A stretch of 64,000 nt of DNA. Origin: a virus. Location of the stretch: positions 96,001-160,000 of IMG/VR virus record IMGVR_UViG_3300024518_000034; one strand, written 5' to 3'. Below are positions 57,061 to 64,000 of this stretch, piece after piece (within the stretch, counting starts at the first letter, position 1; every line of letters starts with the position of its first letter). A model generated the notes under the pieces. The model did no database searches. It saw only the letters and a program-made list of their open reading frames with translations, and was not told where the DNA came from. The position numbers were made by a program, and so were the translations under genes.

Positions 57061-57810
57061 ATGACTACTATTACAGCAAAAGAAAGAAAATTGATAGACA
57101 CTGTGCTGATCCTCTTAGGAGGGTTTCAGCACATACCAGTTCATAATGAAATAGGTATTCCAAAGGAAAGTGTTACTGGAAAAAGAGACGTAATAACTTT
57201 TGCATATGATGACTGGAACTTAACTAAGAGAAAATGGTTTCATCTTAACAACGGACAAAGGGAGTTGAGAGAGGGAACAGATTTTACCTTAGATGGGACA
57301 GCAGGAGAGATGGGATTACTTACTAGTGCTGGCAGTGTGTTTGCTGACGATGGTGAATTACCAGTAGGTCAACAAATAGAGGCTAGTTACCATTTCAAAT
57401 ATTTCAGCGATGAGTGTATCTTGATATGTCTTGAGATTGCATTAAATTTCTTAAATATGGAAAGACCTGTAACGTCTTTTGCCACATTAGATGCATCGCC
57501 AGCAGAGTTTTTTGGCGGGTTAATAATTTACGGATATTATTGTGCATTAAAGAAGATTCTAATGGACAATCAAATCTGGAACAATCATCTGATTTGGGCT
57601 ACAAATGCTGATGGCAATATGCAGGGATTTCATGGACAAGTATATCAACTTAAAGAAGAAGCATGGCGAGAATGGGCAGAGCAGAAGAAGATGGCTAAGC
57701 CTAGGTCGTTCGCCAAACCTCGCGGGGTACACAGTGGTAAGTTTGCTACACAACAAAGAGTTACAGGAGCTAACTTTCAGGATTTTACCATCATTGGTGG
57801 TAGTTTATAA
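57061..57810 (+). CDS. Probable head-tail/neck protein
   Basis: Position; YHFKYFSD...LEIAL..LN pattern typical of adaptor proteins (inference). Confidence 0.45.
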   Translation: MTTITAKERKLIDTVLILLGGFQHIPVHNEIGIPKESVTGKRDVITFAYDDWNLTKRKWFHLNNGQRELREGTDFTLDGTAGEMGLLTSAGSVFADDGELPVGQQIEASYHFKYFSDECILICLEIALNFLNMERPVTSFATLDASPAEFFGGLIIYGYYCALKKILMDNQIWNNHLIWATNADGNMQGFHGQVYQLKEEAWREWAEQKKMAKPRSFAKPRGVHSGKFATQQRVTGANFQDFTIIGGSL

Positions 57811-57822
57811 TAGAGATTAAGA

Positions 57823-58032
57823 ATGCCATTTAGAGAAGATAACGGAACAGTATTATATGTATTTGACCAAGATGATGCTGGTCGTAGTGCATATGAAGAA
57901 CTAAATGGACAGCATGCAAGTCTATTGTTAGGACAACAGTGGGTATTACATGAAGAGTTAAGGCTTGAGTTTGATAGCGAAATACATTTTGAAGGTGATG
58001 AGGGCTATCTGCCGTTAGTTATTGAAATATGA
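57823..58032 (+). CDS. Small acidic virion-region protein
   Basis: 69-aa ORF, ATGA overlap downstream. Confidence 0.6.
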   Translation: MPFREDNGTVLYVFDQDDAGRSAYEELNGQHASLLLGQQWVLHEELRLEFDSEIHFEGDEGYLPLVIEI

Positions 58033-60308
58033 GTAGAATAAGATTTGAAAATTCACCTGAGCCAGTAACGCCACCAGCCGGGAGAACTTATGTTTATGTT
58101 GATAGTGTTGATGGACATACAAAGCAAAAAGATGATGCAGGAATAGTAATAGATTTAGCTGCTGCAGCCGCAGGCGGGGGGCTGACAACAACAAACGTCA
58201 ACTGGGTGGACACAGCAGGAAATGACGGTACTGCTGTGGCCGACAGAGCCGACCTCCCGTGGTTGACCATTGGAGCAGCGTTGACGGCATCAGCATCGGG
58301 CGATGTGGTGGTGGTCCGCCCAGGCACCTATGCCGAGTCTGGCCTGACAGTTCCGGCGGGGGTGTCTCTGATCTCCGAAGGAGGCTTCGGGACGACTATC
58401 GTGGGAGATGCCGCAGCGGTCGCCCACATCATCACCCTCTCGGCTGGGAGCTATTTGCAGGGCTTTCAAATCCTCTGTCCGACGACGGCTAGCTTGGCTG
58501 GTGTGTCCCATAGCGCGGGCACAGGAACGATCTACGATCTCGACCTGCGCGGCGACGGGGCGACGGGATCAGGCGACGGGATCTACAAGACGGGCGCGGG
58601 CAAGGTTGTCGGTGGGAATATCAGATGCGAGGTCGGCGGTTTCGGGAACCTACTGCATGTGGACGCGGCGGTCCTGGCGCTCGATGATGTGCATGTGCCT
58701 GGGTCCACAGGCGCGATAGGAAATGTGATCCTGACCGAGGGCGCTGGTCGATTCCAGGGACAAGGAGTCAACATCGGCAATGCAAACGTCACCGACTGTA
58801 TCCATGTTGCCGGGACTAGCACCTGCATCATCTACTCGCCTAACTGGTTCAATGCACTAATCGGCGGGCACATCGCAGATGATGGTGTCTCCGTGACCAT
58901 CGTGGGCGGGAGTGTCGATTCAAGTGTGGCTACGCTGCTGGTTGACCCTGCGCTCACAGGCGTCGGGACAACCATCACTGTGAGCGGGACAACAATTCAA
59001 CCACTATTTAGCTTCCCATCAGCGGCTATTGGCGAGATGGATCTGAGCGCCCAGATTCACCAAGTAGTTACAGCTACCCGAGACTCGGAAGTCAGGGTAC
59101 TGGGGTCAGACTTGGTGTGCGGGTTCCCTGAAGTTGGTTCTGGTGTATCGGCAGGGGAGGGGTCCGCTTACTCAGATGGGATCAAGGTGGTTACATCTGA
59201 CGGGACGGCGACACCAACCACACTCGGAGGGAACCTCACTGATGTTACGACTGCGGCTCAGAGTAGATCTGGAAGCACGATAGCCTTCCAGGGGTTGACA
59301 GCAGATCATTGTATTTACTTCGGCAGCACCAGATCATCCCCCGGCGGCACTGAACTAAAACATTGGGGCGCTCGTGTCGAGCAAACAGTTGCAGGGGTGG
59401 GCGGGTCTTACGTGGTCGAGATCTTTGACGGTGTGAACTGGGTTGCTATCGGGGTGATGGCGACAAGCAATGTTGAGACATACCGATACTCTAACGCATT
59501 GTTTCTCCGGGCGAGCAGCAGCGAGTTCCTTCAGTATGGAATTGATGCAGACACGACATGGGCCACGGTTTCGGTCGATGGGACAACCGCGTACTGGGTG
59601 CGTTGGAGAATTGATACCACCCTAACGACAGGCCCCACATTCGAGAGAGTGTGGCTAACCCCGTCCGCTATTCAGTTCAACAATCGAGGGCTGCGAAGGT
59701 CGTTAGGGCTCGCAACGTGGACCAAAACCATCGTCTCTGCGGGCAATGTTTTTGGTGAATCAGGTGGAGTAGTCTCGGCAAATTTTGCTGTTGGTTCAGG
59801 AGGTGTTCCCACAGGATGGACACACAATTCCCCTAATAGCCTGATGAATCAGAATGGTGACGCGATGTACGCGCAATTCACGTTGCCCGCCGGGATCTCC
59901 ACAGCGTTTCCGTTGAATATTGATGTCATCTTCTCGTTTGACCCCGGTGGGCTGCTTTCGACCCCGGTACTGGGGTTTGTATCCGCCATTCCGGTCGAGA
60001 CTGCTTTCAATAAAGTGGCCGACCCCACTGGTGGAATTACTCCTGTAGCTCGTGCAATCGCAGACACCGAAACGACAACTGCCAAGGCAGCGACGAGCGT
60101 TTCCTTCGACTCGTCGCTTATCGCGACTACGTGGCCTGCCGATACCTTGGTCAAGGGTGAATTTGGCCCTTACGATATCAGTGGCTACTATAGCGGGGAC
60201 GCTGTACTGGTTCGCTTTGAACTCGATAACGATGGAACACCCAACCAGGATGTGGCGATTATCGCGATGATTGTTAGCGGAACTGCCTTTACGGACGGGG
60301 AGATCTAA
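58029..60308 (+). CDS. Fibre/spike-like protein with predicted beta-helix region
   Basis: GND...[23 protein letters not shown] pectin-lyase-like start; GC-rich body. Confidence 0.7.
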   Translation: MSRIRFENSPEPVTPPAGRTYVYVDSVDGHTKQKDDAGIVIDLAAAAAGGGLTTTNVNWVDTAGNDGTAVADRADLPWLTIGAALTASASGDVVVVRPGTYAESGLTVPAGVSLISEGGFGTTIVGDAAAVAHIITLSAGSYLQGFQILCPTTASLAGVSHSAGTGTIYDLDLRGDGATGSGDGIYKTGAGKVVGGNIRCEVGGFGNLLHVDAAVLALDDVHVPGSTGAIGNVILTEGAGRFQGQGVNIGNANVTDCIHVAGTSTCIIYSPNWFNALIGGHIADDGVSVTIVGGSVDSSVATLLVDPALTGVGTTITVSGTTIQPLFSFPSAAIGEMDLSAQIHQVVTATRDSEVRVLGSDLVCGFPEVGSGVSAGEGSAYSDGIKVVTSDGTATPTTLGGNLTDVTTAAQSRSGSTIAFQGLTADHCIYFGSTRSSPGGTELKHWGARVEQTVAGVGGSYVVEIFDGVNWVAIGVMATSNVETYRYSNALFLRASSSEFLQYGIDADTTWATVSVDGTTAYWVRWRIDTTLTTGPTFERVWLTPSAIQFNNRGLRRSLGLATWTKTIVSAGNVFGESGGVVSANFAVGSGGVPTGWTHNSPNSLMNQNGDAMYAQFTLPAGISTAFPLNIDVIFSFDPGGLLSTPVLGFVSAIPVETAFNKVADPTGGITPVARAIADTETTTAKAATSVSFDSSLIATTWPADTLVKGEFGPYDISGYYSGDAVLVRFELDNDGTPNQDVAIIAMIVSGTAFTDGEI

Positions 60309-61600
60309 TGGCGGGTTTCTTCACTATCCTCCAGAGTCAGGATTTTACCTCTACTGATTCAATCACTGTCACGCATGGGCTCAACCGGGCACAGGTAGCT
60401 ATCGCTGTTCGAGTGGGGGACGAATTGCGGAATGACCTGATAGAAAAGGTCCAGCCAGGTTCCGCTGACCCCCGAAACGAGGTGGTTGTCACGCTTACTT
60501 CGGCGCAATCGGGTTCGATCCTGTTGCTGGGAACTGACTATATCTTCTCCAATACACCAGCACCGGAAGAAGCGGCCATTATCTCAACCGCAATCCATGC
60601 TGATGTCGCCGGGGAAGTCGATGGCATTGCCGAGAAAGTGGCCCCAACGGCGAGCGATATTCTTCTAATTGAAGATGCCTCTGACTCTAACAATAAGAAG
60701 AAGCTGCAAATCGGCAATCTACCCGGAGGAGGTGGGGGACAGTCCAACACGGGATCAAATGTTGGAACTGCGGGTGTAGGCCCATTTGACGCCAAGGTTG
60801 GTGTGGACCTCCAATTCAAGAACATCAATGCCGGGTCATCAAAGATCTCAGTGACAGACGATCTAGCTGACAAGGAAATCGACATTGATGTTGTCGAGAG
60901 CAACGTCGTCCACCAGAACTTGAACGGGTCGGGGACCAATACCCACGCTCAGATTGATACTCATATCGCGGACACGGCTAACCCACACGCGACTGACGTG
61001 GGTAACTTGGGTAGTGGAACCCTGGCCGAGCTAAACACAGCCATCACAGACGCAACCCTGGATGATTCCGGGGATAGCCGTCCACCTAGCGGAAGTGCAG
61101 GTGGGGATTTGGCCGGGAGCACGTACCCTAACCCGACCATCGCTGCGAGCGGCGTTGTTGCGGGCAGCTACACCAGCGCGGATATTACGGTAGATGCGGC
61201 GGGGCGTCTGACCGCAGCGGCGAGCGGGAGCGGGGCCACGCAGATCTACACTATTGCCATCGGGTCGGAGTTTGACGACCTGGGGAAATTCGGCGTCGTG
61301 AACGGCAAGGGTTCCGACAGAGATGAAACGACAGAGGCCAAGACCCGCGCACCTATCGCGGCGGATGGGACGATAACAACTGTGGCCTATCGCACGGCGA
61401 GCGCGGATGCTACAACGCAGATGAAAATCCACATCGACGGAGTGGTGCAGGCGACTTTTACCCTGGCTAGTATTTCATCTCTCGGCGGGGCCGAGACTGT
61501 CAGCGTGGCCGTCACCGCCGGGCAATATCTTGAGTTGGAGTACGACGCGGGAACCGCCCCGGACGAAAGCACCTGGCTCATCTTGCAGGAGGTGTCCTGA
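60308..61600 (+). CDS. Fibre-like virion protein
   Basis: [34 protein letters not shown] fibre motifs. Confidence 0.7.
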   Translation: MAGFFTILQSQDFTSTDSITVTHGLNRAQVAIAVRVGDELRNDLIEKVQPGSADPRNEVVVTLTSAQSGSILLLGTDYIFSNTPAPEEAAIISTAIHADVAGEVDGIAEKVAPTASDILLIEDASDSNNKKKLQIGNLPGGGGGQSNTGSNVGTAGVGPFDAKVGVDLQFKNINAGSSKISVTDDLADKEIDIDVVESNVVHQNLNGSGTNTHAQIDTHIADTANPHATDVGNLGSGTLAELNTAITDATLDDSGDSRPPSGSAGGDLAGSTYPNPTIAASGVVAGSYTSADITVDAAGRLTAAASGSGATQIYTIAIGSEFDDLGKFGVVNGKGSDRDETTEAKTRAPIAADGTITTVAYRTASADATTQMKIHIDGVVQATFTLASISSLGGAETVSVAVTAGQYLELEYDAGTAPDESTWLILQEVS

Positions 61601-62187
61601 TGATCGTCGGCATCGTGAGGGACGGGTCGGGTGAGATACCGCTGGAAGAATTCAGGGAGGCTGCGGACGTGGCGGCGGGCGTGGCTGCGTTCTGCGCGGA
61701 CCATACACCGCCGCTAGATCCCGCAGACTATGTCGGCATCGACACGGGCTGGGCACCAGGCGCGTCGGAGTTGCAAAAGCAATGGGCATGGGACGGGTCC
61801 GCGCTGACGCAGATCGGGTGGCGCTCGCCCATCATGGACGACGTGAGCGAGCACCGCGACGAGCGGCTCGCTACTGTCATATTGGCTGAATATCCCGCTG
61901 CATCAGGAAATCTATTCGGGTGTAGCGCGGCCGATCAGGACAACTGGGCAAAGTTGGCCACCCTCGACGAGCGGGGCCTGATGACGTACCCTTTCCGAGC
62001 CTACACCTACGATCACGCAGCGCATCACGACATCGTAGACAGCGCGGACCTGACAGCAGCTATCGCGTCGATCTCGCTCGCGGTGATGACCGAGCGGAAT
62101 ACCGCGAGCGGTGTGTTGGACAATGTCGCAGCGGCGACGACAGAGGCAGCAGCGCAAGCGGCGGCTGAACCATATCTAAGTTCATAA
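61600..62187 (+). CDS. Probable fibre assembly chaperone
   Basis: Follows fibre gene; TGATG coupling; helical C-terminal domain. Confidence 0.5.
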   Translation: MIVGIVRDGSGEIPLEEFREAADVAAGVAAFCADHTPPLDPADYVGIDTGWAPGASELQKQWAWDGSALTQIGWRSPIMDDVSEHRDERLATVILAEYPAASGNLFGCSAADQDNWAKLATLDERGLMTYPFRAYTYDHAAHHDIVDSADLTAAIASISLAVMTERNTASGVLDNVAAATTEAAAQAAAEPYLSS

Positions 62188-62216
62188 AATGGGTAAAACT
62201 ATAAGAGAGGTATAAA

Positions 62217-62708
62217 ATGGCATTAACACCAGATAAAGTTTTTGGAAGTACTTTTTATAGTGGTACGGGAGAGAATATCGAGCGTATCTTAAATATGATT
62301 GAAATCGGTGGAGGAAGATTAGCTTCCTTAACCGATGAAGATTTAGCTATTTACCAACAGGAAGTAGATAGGTTGATTAATAACAGATTGTCACCATATT
62401 ATGCTGTTCCACTAAGTAAGGACGTTGAAGGATTTTACCCCTTCCCTATTCCTTTCATAGCTGCTCGAATAGTAGCCGCAGACATCATCCATAACGAGTT
62501 CACAGAGATCGATGCTAATAAATCAGAAGCGGCCTTGACCATGAAGCGTAATGCATTAGACGAATTAGACAGGCTGACTATGGGCGTCAGAGCGGGAACA
62601 CAGAGGTTAGAGAACCAGAGACTCAAGTCTAGAGATCGTTTCCCACGACCAACTATCATACCGTTGACACAACCCCCTGAAACTGGAGGTGGGAGGCCCT
62701 TAGCTTAA
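62217..62708 (+). CDS. Head-tail connector, Mu gp36/DUF1320-like
   Basis: INNRL...Y.VPL, IAARI.A, ALDELDRL..G. Confidence 0.6.
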   Translation: MALTPDKVFGSTFYSGTGENIERILNMIEIGGGRLASLTDEDLAIYQQEVDRLINNRLSPYYAVPLSKDVEGFYPFPIPFIAARIVAADIIHNEFTEIDANKSEAALTMKRNALDELDRLTMGVRAGTQRLENQRLKSRDRFPRPTIIPLTQPPETGGGRPLA

Positions 62709-62738
62709 ACGATTTAAGACCCTTCCCCCTGAAGTTGA

Positions 62739-62778
62739 ACAGGTCAGACTCTATAAGGTCTGGCCTGTGTTTATTTTA
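62739..62778 (+). terminator. Rho-independent terminator
   Basis: ACAGGTCAGAC/GTCTGGCCTGT plus GTTTATTTT. Confidence 0.75.
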
Positions 62779-62808
62779 GGGCGACTTGAAAAGTTTCTAG
62801 AAAACTGG

Positions 62809-62837
62809 TTGCATTCACTAGGCCTCATCAGTATACT
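62809..62837 (+). promoter_or_regulatory. Sigma70-type promoter
   Basis: TTGCAT-N17-TATACT. Confidence 0.75.
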
Positions 62838-62909
62838 GGGTGTAGTTGATAACAACAGCACTGGCCGACACCGGCAAGCAACAGTCTAAAAGACGAAAGG
62901 AAATTTATT

Positions 62910-63983
62910 ATGGCTAAGGTAGCAACAGAAGTAAGCGTTCCTCAGGGGACACAGAAGCAAGTCGAATTTGACAAGATTCAAACCGACCCAGAGCAGTTCG
63001 AAAATGTTCGCCACGAGATGGGTGATCTGAAGGAACTGGCTAAGTCAATTAAGAAGGACGGTTTGCTGGTTCCGATGATCGTTCGTAAACGTGGTCGAGG
63101 TAAGACTCTGGCTTATGATCTGGTCGATGGCTGGCGTCGTCATGGTGCAATCAGTCGCCTTCGAAAGAAGGACAAGACGATTCTCACACAGGTTCCTGTA
63201 ATCATTACTACGGCATCCGACGAGCAAGGTCTGCTGTTGGTGAATCTGGTTTCGAACTTTCAACGCAAGGAGTACACTCAGGCTGAGATGTCTGCTGGAC
63301 TTCATCGTCTGGAACAGATGGGTATGAAACGTAATGCAATCGCTAAGGCGTTCAACAAGACCGCTGGTTGGGTTACTCAGGTAATGCGCTTCGAAACAGG
63401 TGCGACTCCTGAACTGAAGAAGCTTTCTCAGGAAGGTAAGATCACCAACACTGCCGCACAACGCGGTGCCGATCTGAAGAAGAAGAATCAGAAGGAACTG
63501 GTTAAGACCATTAAGGATCTTGACGAGAAGGTGGAAAAAGCCACTAAGACGGGAACTAGAGCTACTTCTGATCGCAAGAAGTCGGCAACAACTTCTAAAA
63601 AGAAGGAAACGACTAAGGCGAAGGAAAAGATCAATAAGACTCTGACCGAATTGGAAGCGAACGAAGGACGCGCCTTCTTCAAACTGGCACTCAAGAAGAA
63701 GGAAGTTATCGCTTTGGTCGATGAATTGACAGATCGTCTCTTCAACGGTGAGGTAGAGGACGACGAGGCATACGCTCTTGGCGCTCTCGCTGCAATCTCA
63801 CGTCTTCTTGGAATGCCTGAAATGGGCGAGGATATCAACGATATTCGTGACTTTCTCAGAACCTTGAGCATCGAGGTTAACATTCCTGTGGATCAGGACG
63901 AGGAAGAAGAGGAAGTCTCTGTGGACTTTGAAGAGGACACTGATGGCGAGTACGAGTGGGAAGACGATAGCGAAGAAGAGTAA
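62910..63983 (+). CDS. ParB/Spo0J-like protein
   Basis: LAKSIKKDGLLVPMIV, LVDGWRR, SNFQRK, HTH; acidic tail. Confidence 0.8.
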   Translation: MAKVATEVSVPQGTQKQVEFDKIQTDPEQFENVRHEMGDLKELAKSIKKDGLLVPMIVRKRGRGKTLAYDLVDGWRRHGAISRLRKKDKTILTQVPVIITTASDEQGLLLVNLVSNFQRKEYTQAEMSAGLHRLEQMGMKRNAIAKAFNKTAGWVTQVMRFETGATPELKKLSQEGKITNTAAQRGADLKKKNQKELVKTIKDLDEKVEKATKTGTRATSDRKKSATTSKKKETTKAKEKINKTLTELEANEGRAFFKLALKKKEVIALVDELTDRLFNGEVEDDEAYALGALAAISRLLGMPEMGEDINDIRDFLRTLSIEVNIPVDQDEEEEEVSVDFEEDTDGEYEWEDDSEEE

Positions 63984-64000
63984 GATGTAACGACAATGGG

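Overview
A 64-kb segment of a large, AT-rich tailed dsDNA phage (jumbo-phage-like). Every supported gene is on the + strand and reads in the standard code. Modules in order: (1) 1-12.8 kb, low-complexity probable virion/internal proteins, holin-like membrane proteins, a DEDD exonuclease and a lipoprotein metallopeptidase; (2) 12.9-19.1 kb, 13 tRNA genes interleaved with small ORFs, a patatin, a P-loop kinase and several tRNA-like or pseudoknotted non-coding elements; (3) 20.9-21.2 kb, a dense control region (candidate sRNA, terminator, two sigma70 promoters, six TAAATAG repeats) ahead of an operon containing a small HUH endonuclease; (4) 25.7-40.2 kb, nucleotide-modification-associated genes, then an ~11-kb glycan-tailoring operon (2 GT2, GT15-like, GT10-like, 3 sulfotransferases, 2 methyltransferases, radical SAM, alkaline-phosphatase-superfamily enzyme) interrupted by a two-gene insertion with duplicated sequence; (5) a Cas4-like nuclease and class II RNR; (6) 43.5-62.7 kb, head genes (portal, two prohead-protease homologues, scaffold, decoration, major capsid) and GC-rich fibre/LamG modules with signs of cassette exchange; (7) a ParB-like gene. 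All protein assignments come from recognising motifs by eye; no database search was run. The strongest candidate for an undescribed system is the phage-encoded pathway for a sulfated, fucosylated glycan.
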